This document shows, piece after piece, positions 47,901 to 55,500 of a DNA stretch of 64,000 nucleotides. The stretch's first letter is position 1. Every line of letters starts with the position of its first letter. The notes under the pieces are model-generated. The model was not told where the DNA came from. It saw nothing but the letters and a program-made list of their open reading frames with translations, and did no database searches. The position numbers and the translations under genes were made by a program. Source of the DNA: a virus; IMG/VR virus record IMGVR_UViG_3300030098_006570, positions 32,001 through 96,000 of that record, one strand, 5' to 3'.

Positions 47901-48770
47901 ATTCAGGTTCCCGTCGACATAGAACCGGCTTTGGAGGCCTGTCGAACTTGATTTGAAAGTAAATCCATAATGGTGCCATGCGTCGTCGACGACAGACGCG
48001 CTAGTAAAGGTCGAGGCACCCATACTTAGATCATAAACCCCAGTAGTACCCGACAAGAGGGTCACTCGGAAAGGATTGATGCCCGAGGTGGCGCCCGTAA
48101 GCTCAATGCGCAGGCGACCATAGCCGGCCGAGGATGAGGGTGCGCCGTTCCATAAATCAAAAATTACTTCTTTGCGCGTGAGACCGGTTAGGAATTCTTT
48201 CTTTTTGAGCCAGAACTCTACACTGACTCCGTTGCCGGCAATATCATATTTTAGATTGCTCTCGCGGTTTTTATCCGGCTCATAATAATTGGAGCCAGTA
48301 AATCTAGTCGCATAAGGAGTAAGGCCGTTAGGGTTTCCGTGAGGGCCGCCGTAAAAGTGAATGTACTCGGGAGAGGACGATGAGCCATACCCATCAATTA
48401 TGTTTCCAGTGCCCCATCCGTTAGCCGAGAAAATAATATATCCATTTGTCCGCGGATAAAGGTTGTCGTAGATATAAAGATCAATATCTAATGATTCATT
48501 TTCCCACTCTAGACGCTCTCGGCGTGAGCCGTCATAGGGGAAGCTCTGATAAATACGCTTCAGCGCGCTGTCATAATACTCGGCTGCTAAGCCATAACGA
48601 GCAAAGTTTTCCGGCTTTGAAAAATCAACCCGCGGAATAAAGCGCCGCTCTTTGATAATATCTTCGCGATGGTATCCGACAGACTCAACGACGCCACCGA
48701 TTTCCTTACCAGTGAGCCCTGAGACTGAGTTTACTTGCTCCGCAATTTTGAAATAATTCTTGAGCGACAT
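38961..48770 (-). CDS. Giant baseplate wedge protein with LamG/concanavalin-like domains (3269 aa)
   Basis: LamG-type motifs (VEFWLK, WHHYGFT...FYVDG...IGA...G.LDEFRYW; WNHVVV...FNGYMCDVAV) and a wedge motif NNLSYIYKTKGTEKSFRNLIRCFG. Confidence 0.75.
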   Translation of the reverse strand: MSLKNYFKIAEQVNSVSGLTGKEIGGVVESVGYHREDIIKERRFIPRVDFSKPENFARYGLAAEYYDSALKRIYQSFPYDGSRRERLEWENESLDIDLYIYDNLYPRTNGYIIFSANGWGTGNIIDGYGSSSSPEYIHFYGGPHGNPNGLTPYATRFTGSNYYEPDKNRESNLKYDIAGNGVSVEFWLKKKEFLTGLTRKEVIFDLWNGAPSSSAGYGRLRIELTGATSGINPFRVTLLSGTTGVYDLSMGASTFTSASVVDDAWHHYGFTFKSSSTGLQSRFYVDGNLNNEIVTGSGFQEVTGALQAYIGALITSPSGSSAVGGYGKLSGSLDEFRYWKTQRSSQGIGRYWFTQVGGGVNDDPEPFIDTPEDVNTLLGVYYKFNEGITGRTATDSTVLDYAGRVTNGTWTGYTANSRNTGSAIVISQAAIKEYKDPIIYNFHPAVVALSSSLEISGSDYDAGNNANIYNSLPQWIREEDEEGQQNAKYLLQIMSSYFDDLQLKTRALTSLRDVQYPSGTQKPLPYAERLLNSHGFVAPDIFLDADVLEKLADRSEFRVYEKTLFDVKNTIYQNIYNNLSYIYKTKGTEKSFRNLIRCFGIDDEIVKINLYANDVEAEMRSNRKNVSVPDKFANFNTGENGSATIFQYQNPIDTVNTVGYISGSQNLRNGYAFTLETDVYFPEKIDVASPGYQDTNIISSSLFGVHGNAGISETAPRWPSYTGQADVVNFQVYAVRDERNSSNVKFMLTGTSGVTTVVPRLQSALYEDVYDNTQWNLAVRVRPDSYPYTNVAGVTPTDYVVELHGIQIDSGVVLNEFTLTGSLASPGAGREYAFVTGSKRVFIGAHRTNYTGSVLERSDVKINACRYWLNYLDDTTLAAHAYDTQNAGTLNPHFYAYPFNASASFGEIPEFETLMLNWEFSQNTGSNAAGQFTVTDEASGSNAVATANNGWIGRMLNEQYAGLGFGFAASSTTAIDKDYVISARQTLPENIYSTEMVKVFNQAEQEVFTIDSRPINYYFAFEKSLYQNISEEILNYFATLKDLNTLIGAPVNRYRHEYKGLKFLRQKFFATVANTEIDFDKFYEFYKWFDSALTVMLQQLVPASTDFATNVRTMIESHVLERSKYQSKFPFLEDKTNPLFGSTWGTGNDGTAMNSPDSFPAGTGLSANTAYFRRQIGSSNPIRTKEWSFIHAPPSKNQKDKAYWWKTEASRTENPTLKGATSATTNNVRQDLLRAIEKSRNIAADSPVRFGTEGSVTVGGVGFHPNKRTNFVMDATAPAGRLVPGTNLPVNIMLSFQDDVEQLIDTNDIYYPTLKQRLGFGINPDINRGAPLGNKSSTKNKMDGNILAPFSLYSSSVKSGFNQDVINLYHSGVTITNLHHDIVHTNDIPLQGPFTEKYVGGWQYRHQDINVQKASNPGKNNLDSRDTRAEGWMLKLGLCEAAVSQGSGALGIVGPQYPDATSASGSAPRGYLLNRPKANLAREEYAKRPVNIRNIKMTTGSTIIGNYEKNYQVVQTAGRELNDPFFNDQSFNFAPYPETLATRGRFPLFVPLSPSPPTSLKFYAADDTRLDAGSQDNWSTAFADVATTGFTIAFWYYNTVDPSNNKRLFQIGTIQSGIFSSQGISIYLYVNGGVNTIYADVKDAAPKTSYARSSGVSDYTWNHVVVRVPEGAIDSSAGETISICINGVESTAAAGTDAVDWTTVSFDSGAQIGDSAQFANPFNGYMCDVAVMTGLPTLAGVSAMYNSGTRPDLASVSLGGSATLINWWKLGLDYAGQPPAGGIFVDQVGGSFFEAVPTNFGSTPDEEGVKEVSPPIVNALRPEPAALYNNTANPGGALNYLLPSRTGSNSQHTVFVNRFAGSGYEVMSLGYMDPAHEALSVYNALPYHNLSLLDYGLSGSASVDPLAEKTITVIDQIDKNRGLDQRATLHCGQFGHDAAYGSVPASTYVTIPSWHKTNRNPRKRIVSASGGYITGTVYDNLYVQHQIPRSTQQYSWITASLAFGSTIFGLESPSCTTANSLTQLVSGASYSESGVPYTSSFTALNLVVKDSLNTRTHTAGSSSVQRLVNIPRAKATNALNLARNGAYGYPSWKQIRVGESPMARALRKANKIGTVLPPPKVPKMSYVYSGSTLVRSGLRGYVEGLKPTQFVDYVERPVASSARPVYFAFQDNTENSDPRNNISLKVSYANNLGYFTNEGLNNRLNLGKPVDDHQPLKTITDFTRNSGLSVVANYKQRVYPADINAYSRVVRMRPNYSIKNIWNNIRSVRSSEGGLTGSMGYATASQSIWPIDGHNNYASTSSVLGINDGAGELQANYTRYVADPAAEYLGTDNTRRPGPIYSTPIYLGSASATAGSRPVIAGDAPFTAYRQAGLVPYYEATAYAEELRASAKDYSLLPEFRISDHMSTYIEKKEGDFLASIDDIFSLTGAEIPNSSGQDFYKVYSNSDFMKYFSVIDEDLQEQRSGDLTITRDKISLSCKAFLKLLPYKGFFPIERTLELATLFSQSVQKTILQASSVLGAQKMVSSIPYEMMFSPGILYNTIKSGIGVSHFCVVNGQDGKLVDPMLSGNAAAAAGYAGRSRVILPEGTLVMQDCAVVNAAQTGLNRGYVINRVPFETLYKPETFFSPTSLGSLSGAAPQYPFVYSTAPSQSVSLAAANSWIYAQSGTPKQMSVDMTTFQADRLYSLAIDNFLCAASDIFVDKFSSFVSAREDSFGVAKSGSVYTMRVKLARSQLGAASFGTSGDPTDPAYGTFDMYRRQSAFGQPIVGVSGSGGATPSYMHVTPPYMGGYAEAELVYTASYDGRPALADIFGGLSINYMRQENSASQTYVTASGYAAPYGISSKGGAGYTLAQYGPPSPGIMHLDACYNFTEALGEIVSGTVDQKFRWLIQSKFETPILNVQSASTPGGWNPAPPASYPLHRGPFTSDGADTVLTHGLWHQYGRVPSADKEGVFLSLAEAESAARAAGRGIGAADAPLSLAKLVGFPVTSRRVGTVKREFRWEEAVVAVPFEIIQNNRRFISMDKYKNSHAYRNLKAMMSKYNFPPRFDFTKFSTVDPILMYVFEFGTDMSQQDIANIWQNLLPEIGSKFTTSEVIVEERELLDLLLGEATDLRWMVFKVKKRVAIDFERNRRALETSNTASMPVYIDEKYSYNWPYDYCSLVELAQIEQDVQWASRDVQSTGTATIMYNPEAPTTPTISAAPMPASMIGSIPNTTPQASVTPEPQALEIERRRPVDTAPRFSVDGDRAPRKSSKRKTRRRTTGKKKR

Positions 48771-48777
48771 GTATTAA

Positions 48778-50343
48778 TTATTCTTCAACTCGAAATTTGA
48801 ACGTTTGGGGCTGTTCAATCCAACTCCCTATACTATCATTATAATATGCTAATTTAATACCATACATGTAGCCAGGGTCCAGAAGTCCCATGTCCAGATC
48901 AAAGTAGTTCCCACTTACATCATATGAAAGATGTGTACAATTATAATCATTGCTTCCTGTGCCGAAAGAGATTACCGTCAGATCATCCACAACTCGGTAG
49001 ATGGAGTAAGACGCACTATTGATAATTTCTGTAGGATTGTTTGCCGTGGCCTTTACATAGATCGTGGGATTCCAATACTTGTTTCTTACAAACGTTCGGA
49101 AGCGCGCTGTTTCGTTCACGCTATAGCTTTTACGCAAATTCCGTATGTTGGTGTTATAATTCAAAGTAGGGGCACTACCATATTTAGGCATCGCGCTAGG
49201 GTAGATGGAACCGGTGAAGAATTCGACCCCATCACTACGGCGCCACACATCATTAATTCCTTCAAAAGGACTCGCGCCGGCCGTCAAGGCAAAACTGCAT
49301 GAATAAATTCCCGTACTAATATAGCTGGCTGTGGCATTCGTGCTTAGTGCCGTCGTAACACCCCCTCCTAAGGGCAGCCGTATCGCGGAGCCCGTCGGTG
49401 CGCCAGTGGCAGAACTGGAATAGAAAGAGGCAGTCAAATTGGCAGCATTTCCTGTGGTGCCAATCCCCGGCAGGTTGACCAGGCGTCCCCGTACGTAATT
49501 ATAAAGATAGATGGAGTTAAGATTATCCGACGCAGGAGCAAAGGAACTTGAAAAATAAAATTGTCCGCGCTGGTCTTTAACGGTGGAGTCCCATCGAGCT
49601 TCAATAACAGGGCGCTTGAAGAAGAACTCCGTTGAACGAGCGAAGAATTTCTTGGTGTAGTAGGTCTGTGTAGCGCCGCCGAGGTTTTGTACCACGCCCG
49701 CTGCTGAGCTAGCAGATGCATAGGCTTCTTCGCTGGACGTGAGAAAAATCCCCACTCCATAGTTGTTGATTCCACCGCCGCCCGGGGTCGCGATCCACTG
49801 TTCAACAAGGCCACTAATATCTAATTCTATATCTTCCCATCCCAAGGGAAAAGTTACTTTATACCTATTACCCGCAGGGTCGGCGCTGGCGGTGGCATAA
49901 TCTCCACCCATATTGGTCCACGCGGTGGTGGTACTCGCCGACATCCAGTTGGATTTTCCAAGATCTTGATAATTATCCATATCAAGTCCCGTACCCTCGA
50001 CCCACTGAGTAGTGATGGGTACAACCTCTAGGGTATACCCTTGCGGCAGGGTCCATGGAGTTTCGGCATTGTACATTCGCAAGAAGAATGAGACTGATCC
50101 CGAAGTCGGCAGCGTACCTGCGCTGCGGGCGGCACTAATCTGGGCGACCGGAAATTGAATTATGGCACGGGACAGTTCTTGGGTGGCGCCGGCTGTCGAA
50201 GATGATAACTGCCCATAAATAGAAAAGATTTCTACAGAATCAGCATACCCCATGTTCGAGCCCGTACCTCGTTGGGTGAGGTTCGACTCCAATGCGTTCG
50301 TGATGGTGTTATCAAGACTAGCTGTGTATCTCAGAATGGCCAT
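48778..50343 (-). CDS. Baseplate-associated structural protein (DNRLRE-like N-terminal domain)
   Basis: DNTI...SNMG...SRAIIQF...W.EG.G...W...GGD...LDISGLVEQW pattern. Follows gp6. Confidence 0.6.
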   Translation of the reverse strand: MAILRYTASLDNTITNALESNLTQRGTGSNMGYADSVEIFSIYGQLSSSTAGATQELSRAIIQFPVAQISAARSAGTLPTSGSVSFFLRMYNAETPWTLPQGYTLEVVPITTQWVEGTGLDMDNYQDLGKSNWMSASTTTAWTNMGGDYATASADPAGNRYKVTFPLGWEDIELDISGLVEQWIATPGGGGINNYGVGIFLTSSEEAYASASSAAGVVQNLGGATQTYYTKKFFARSTEFFFKRPVIEARWDSTVKDQRGQFYFSSSFAPASDNLNSIYLYNYVRGRLVNLPGIGTTGNAANLTASFYSSSATGAPTGSAIRLPLGGGVTTALSTNATASYISTGIYSCSFALTAGASPFEGINDVWRRSDGVEFFTGSIYPSAMPKYGSAPTLNYNTNIRNLRKSYSVNETARFRTFVRNKYWNPTIYVKATANNPTEIINSASYSIYRVVDDLTVISFGTGSNDYNCTHLSYDVSGNYFDLDMGLLDPGYMYGIKLAYYNDSIGSWIEQPQTFKFRVEE

Positions 50344-52139
50344 TATCTAACACTCCCCATGATGTCTAGGCTCGGAAATTTCAATTCAAAAATAGTATTC
50401 TCATCCGCTCGAATCATGCGCCCGTCTGCTGACATCGCTCGTTCTGGGTCAAAATCAGATTCGGCATAACGGCCGCCATTCTTTGAAACAATTTCTACAC
50501 CCATAACATCCACAACCCCCTCTACTTTATTAAGTTGACGGTATATATCGTTAATGCGGATTGGTTCGCCAATCTCAAAGCGATTGCGAGCCAAATAGGT
50601 TTGAATATTTTGATTGGCCTGGGCTAGTGCGGTATAGCGACTAGTATTCATGTCGAGACTGAGGGTGTACTTGATGCCAAAATTGATAATGCGAGCATCT
50701 AAAATATCTACAGTATCATTGATCATTTTATAATTAAGAATCCAATTTTTTAGATTATCTTTGAGAGTCTGGTTGGCGGCGACTAATTTTCCGGATGTAT
50801 TTTCCGAAATAACATACAAATTCAAATTACGCTTGAAGGCATCAAAATCGCGGACCAAATTAACCCCGCGTACCGCGCCAAACTTAGTCGGCATCGCGTA
50901 ACACATAGCACGATAATCTTCTGTTGTCACCGCTCGGTGTTGTGTGGCATAAAACCCAAAAACACGCTGCTTGATATCATCCGCCGACGGCATACTCACA
51001 CTTCCCACAAAGGGCGCCTCATTGGTGACCTCTAGTGAGTTCAAAACAGCAGTTCTCTGGGCAACTGGTAGAGTAGCCGGCGAAGAAAATTTTACTAACG
51101 GATTTCCTACAACAACAATGGTATCCGCGCCAGCATTCACATCTTTGGTTGTATTGACACGATATCCGATACGCAAGGTAGTATTAGCCGGCGCAATACC
51201 AAATTTATCCGAAGAAATAAGTTTGGTGGGATCAAAACCTGCATCGGTAATATAATTCCTCCCATTAAGATCTAGCATCAAGTTGGAAGGATCCACGACT
51301 GCTTCAGATACCAGCTCCGAATCTGAGCCGTATCCAAACTGTAAATAAGTACTAGTATCTGTGGATTCCACAACGAAACGACGTGCAACCGGAACAGCCT
51401 TTAGAATATTAGCAACTGTTTGTTTGGTTGCGGTAGTATTACGAATAGCTTTGAAAATAATATTTTGGGAGAGATTGTCGACTTCATAATAGCGGTGCCC
51501 CTCCGAGTCCATGACACTTATTACTTCAGTAACGTTTTGGTTACCTAACTCTACTTTCCGAAAGCGCTCAAATGATCCCACCGTGACTTCCTGAAAGGCA
51601 GTGCGGCCGGAGACAGCTCGACCTTTGGCGCGAATCACATAACTAGTTGGCAATCCACTCGTAGAGTCTACACTTCCTACAACAACCTGGTTGGTGCTTT
51701 GGGAAAAAACCACATCTTGCAAGAGCGAATAAGAGCCGCCGCCGGTTGATGAAAAGGTTGAGCCCGCCTGGAGGGTGGGCGCGAAATTCAAATCGGGTCC
51801 GGGACCAGTAGTAGAAGCTGGCACCTTAATATAAAAAGTAAGCATGCCGTAGGAGGACGGGTTGCGATCAATTTTATACCCTAGTTGTCGAGCTAGTTTG
51901 ACGACGTTATTATACTCAACTGCCGTCTCCAAAAAACTTTCGTTGGCCTGGTAATCCAAGTAGAAGGACAAAATGTCGCCAATATAGGCCACTGTGTCCA
52001 GCATAAGAGAACCAAAAGAAGCTTCATTGAAGTCTTTGTATGTATCCGCATAATAGCGTTTTGCAAAGGTTTCTAAGTCGCGACGAATAGAATCAAAATC
52101 GCGGCTAGTATAATCAATAGGTTGTAATCGTTTAGGCAT
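50343..52139 (-). CDS. gp6: Baseplate wedge subunit, T4 gp6-like
   Basis: DYTSRDFDSIRRDL, DFNEASFG..LD..AYIGDILSFY.D, LARQLGY, QFGYG and QHRAVTTEDY motifs. Confidence 0.9.
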   Translation of the reverse strand: MPKRLQPIDYTSRDFDSIRRDLETFAKRYYADTYKDFNEASFGSLMLDTVAYIGDILSFYLDYQANESFLETAVEYNNVVKLARQLGYKIDRNPSSYGMLTFYIKVPASTTGPGPDLNFAPTLQAGSTFSSTGGGSYSLLQDVVFSQSTNQVVVGSVDSTSGLPTSYVIRAKGRAVSGRTAFQEVTVGSFERFRKVELGNQNVTEVISVMDSEGHRYYEVDNLSQNIIFKAIRNTTATKQTVANILKAVPVARRFVVESTDTSTYLQFGYGSDSELVSEAVVDPSNLMLDLNGRNYITDAGFDPTKLISSDKFGIAPANTTLRIGYRVNTTKDVNAGADTIVVVGNPLVKFSSPATLPVAQRTAVLNSLEVTNEAPFVGSVSMPSADDIKQRVFGFYATQHRAVTTEDYRAMCYAMPTKFGAVRGVNLVRDFDAFKRNLNLYVISENTSGKLVAANQTLKDNLKNWILNYKMINDTVDILDARIINFGIKYTLSLDMNTSRYTALAQANQNIQTYLARNRFEIGEPIRINDIYRQLNKVEGVVDVMGVEIVSKNGGRYAESDFDPERAMSADGRMIRADENTIFELKFPSLDIMGSVR

Positions 52140-52153
52140 GCTAGTGGTCTCGT

Positions 52154-52164
52154 AATAATTAGTT
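52154..52164 (-). promoter_or_regulatory. Putative late promoter (AACTAATTATT)
   Basis: CTAnTTAT motif about 15 nt upstream of the gp6 ATG. Confidence 0.55.
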
Positions 52165-52554
52165 AGTGTTCACAGGAATCAATACACTCGTTGAAATTTG
52201 TAAAGGCACAATTGTAAACTGAATTTGAATGGCAATTGTGTTAGGAAAGAGATCAGGGTTGTTTTCCGGCGTACTAAACGTGATGTTGTTAATCTGAACA
52301 AACTTCATATAAGTGGCGACTTGGCTATAAATTCGGTCGTTGATAGCGTCATAAGTTGAAAGATTGTTATTTTCAAAAAAGAACCTACGGAGCCCGACAC
52401 CAAAGCTAGGATTCATCATCCTCTCTCCCGGATTAGTTAATATTAGCATTTTGAGATTCTGAGTTACCACTTGCTTATAATCTGTATTGAGATTATAAGC
52501 TCCGAATGTTTCATCTACAACCAAAGGTAACTGTGGGGATAAGCCTGACGCCAT
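52159..52554 (-). CDS. gp25: Baseplate wedge/sheath initiator, gp25/GPW-like
   Basis: QNLKMLILTNPGERMMNPSFGVGLRRFFFE is the gp25 signature. Confidence 0.92.
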   Translation of the reverse strand: MASGLSPQLPLVVDETFGAYNLNTDYKQVVTQNLKMLILTNPGERMMNPSFGVGLRRFFFENNNLSTYDAINDRIYSQVATYMKFVQINNITFSTPENNPDLFPNTIAIQIQFTIVPLQISTSVLIPVNTN

Positions 52555-52584
52555 TTCTTTTTCTCCTAGTGCGCTACACTATAA

Positions 52585-55500
52585 TTAACACTCCGGCAAA
52601 CTTTCTTCCCCAGAAACTTCAGTCTCTTCTCCATCGAGATCATCTTCGATCGCCTTTTTCGCCAATTCGAGCAAGATGTATAACACTCCAAAAGGAAGAG
52701 GGGGTAACATTATCATGCCAGTAAGGGTGCCTGTGAAGTCAACGCCGTCAAGAGTAAATTTAGGCAAAATATTGTTGATAAGCTCTTCGTTATTGGCGGC
52801 ATTATTGAGCGGCGGAGGACTGGCGCTTATGGCTGCCTCCAGGCCTGATTGCATTCCAAATTCAACCAAACACAGCATAACTCCAAGTAACTGTTCGCCA
52901 GTAATTTCAAGGCCGGTTTGCTCCTTCAACTCTGCTAAGGGTGGAGCTGCATCAATAACTTTGATAATTTCACTAAATGCGGTCCCCGTTATATTGCGCA
53001 CCACCTTCCATATGGCTACGTGGGGGTCTATCATTTCTGCAAGGCCCTTCAAAATCATGATGGGGGTCTCTATGAGCATCTTTAAGATGAAATCACGACC
53101 CATAGACTGCATGGTAGCTGCGAACTCCGGACCTTGTGTGTTTTGAATGGCTGCCCTAGCTGCGGCGCGATCGTTGCCTGGATCTTCCTGCTCTTCTCGA
53201 TTGTACAATACATCTAGGAAAGCGTTAACTATAAAGGCTTTTGTGGCACCGTAGGTTTGATCAATCTGTTCAAAATAGCGCTCCGTCAAATAAAAGTTCT
53301 GGTACATGGGGACCATGGTAATAAATGATTGAATAAAAGTCTCACCAAAAATTTGTTTGTAAACGGGATTATTGGCAATACGCGTCACCTCAGCATTACG
53401 TGCGTTCTGTTGCTGGATCGTAAGAGGCCCTGTCGCTAACCAATCATCCAATTGATCGCGTAAAAGCTCGAAGGCCGAGTCAGGTAAAAAAGCATCCCAC
53501 TGATCGTTTTCTACTTCAAAATCAGCTATCGTCACGCGAATAAGAGGGGTATCAACATACCCTACATTATTGTAAAGGAGAGGAGTATCAACAGGCCTAC
53601 CATCTTCATACGTGAATAGGCTGGCCTGATCTTCTATCAAAGCATCCGCGCTTGCTTCGGTGAGTGCAAACAGATTATTCTGACTCTGATCAAGGTCTTG
53701 CATGTGGCCTATTCGCGAAATCAGCAATGATGCATATGATTCCACTGCAATGTCAGCAGAGGTGCCCTGGCCTTGGAGTTCGTTGTTGGACTGACTAGTG
53801 AACTCCGTGTCGAGACTATTAGTGGTGGAGGGCAAGAAGTAAACAAGCCTAGTTTTTACCCGCAAGTTTACAAAGCTAAAATCGAAGTCAGGTAGGAGAA
53901 TGTTGTGGGACCCCTCTATATAGGGAGGACTTGTGTCGCCCCCATAGAAAGTGTTGCGAAACTCGGATAGTTCCAATTCGCCTCCTAATTCTCTCGTTAG
54001 TTCTAGAGCCTCCGGAGCATCGCCGCCGGTGATTCCGTCCCAAACCACCACTCTCTCTAGCGCAAGAGTGCCGTAAGCTAAAGGAGATCCGTTGGTGCGG
54101 GAGAGTATATTATGACCTGGTTCCAAGTCCATCGATGGGTTTCGAAGGCTCGTGAACCCCAAAATATCCTGAATAAAGGCTTGATTGTAGGTTTTTTTGA
54201 ACTGACCTTGTGGTGTCGCCAGTCTTACTGAATTGGACATAGCCGTTCGGCCCCAGTGAATCCTCTGATTAACCAGATAACTGAGCAACTCTAGCCAGTT
54301 AGCATCTGTAAATATGGTCCCCACGGGAAAGACAACCGCCTCATTGTGATCCAGGATGCCGCCGCGGGAAGCAACCACAGCGCGGCCCATCTTGCGATTG
54401 TAATACTCTTGAATAGCTCGGCGCATATCCGGTTGTTGGTTGATACGTCGTTCAAGATCCCCCAGGATCTGAGCTGTCATAAACTGTGCTATGACGGGAT
54501 CCGACATCAACTCATTGACATTGAATGCAGCAAAGGCAAAGATGTTTTTAATAACAAATTCGGCTACCTCGATCTGAATAAGATTCAAGAATAATGACAA
54601 CAGCACCGCATATCGGATCTTGTCGTCCAAAGGTATATCATCATCAAAACAAGCAGATTCTAAGAATTCTTCTTTAACCTGTCTTAGGATTCCGTCAGCA
54701 TCTAGAAGATCGGCTGCTGCTTGGGGGGGGCAATTACTGTTATCTTTGAAAAATTGCAAAGCGCGGACCCCAGCCGCATCAAATACGCCATTTGCAGCAA
54801 TATAGTTAAACATAGCTTTGGTAAGGCCAGCATACAATGACGGATAAAGCCAGGTCTCTATTTCTTCGGTAATAATTAGGTTCTGTTCGAGAGTAGTTGT
54901 ATCCTGTAATATAGGCTGGAGTCCGGTGGCGACAGGGCCTGTGAACCTGTATACATAAGGGTTAGTTTGTAGTCGCATCCCCATTTCCTGGTCAACGCCC
55001 GTCGCAACTGGATAGAAGTGGGATCCCAACACGTCCAATACCGAGGAGCTAATTTGGAATTCAGCTTTTGGCGGCAATATAGTCCCAATGCCCGAGGCAC
55101 TAATTTGTACCTCAGCAAAGCTAAGATTCTCTGCATCCTCTCCACCTCCCATGGCTACTGCGGTGTTGAATCTAGGGTATGAAAGGGTCAAACTATCTTT
55201 GCGGCCAATGGTAGAAAAATTATAGGTTAGGCTGAGATCCCGATAGGCCAAGGCGCCGGCGCCGATATTGGTGACGATGACTGCGTCGGGATCGGCGAGA
55301 GTAGGGTTCCAAGTGGCCAGGGAGCCTGTATTTAGGCTTTCGTCGGCGCTCGTAGCCACATAATGGTTTGCCTCAACTCGCTCAGTCGTATTATTAAAGG
55401 TGGGGGCGCTAGCAATATAATTGGTGAAATTTGAGAGATAATTACTTGGGAAAGAATAAGTGGCACGCAAGTTATTGGGGCCAGGGCCGTCGCTACTCGT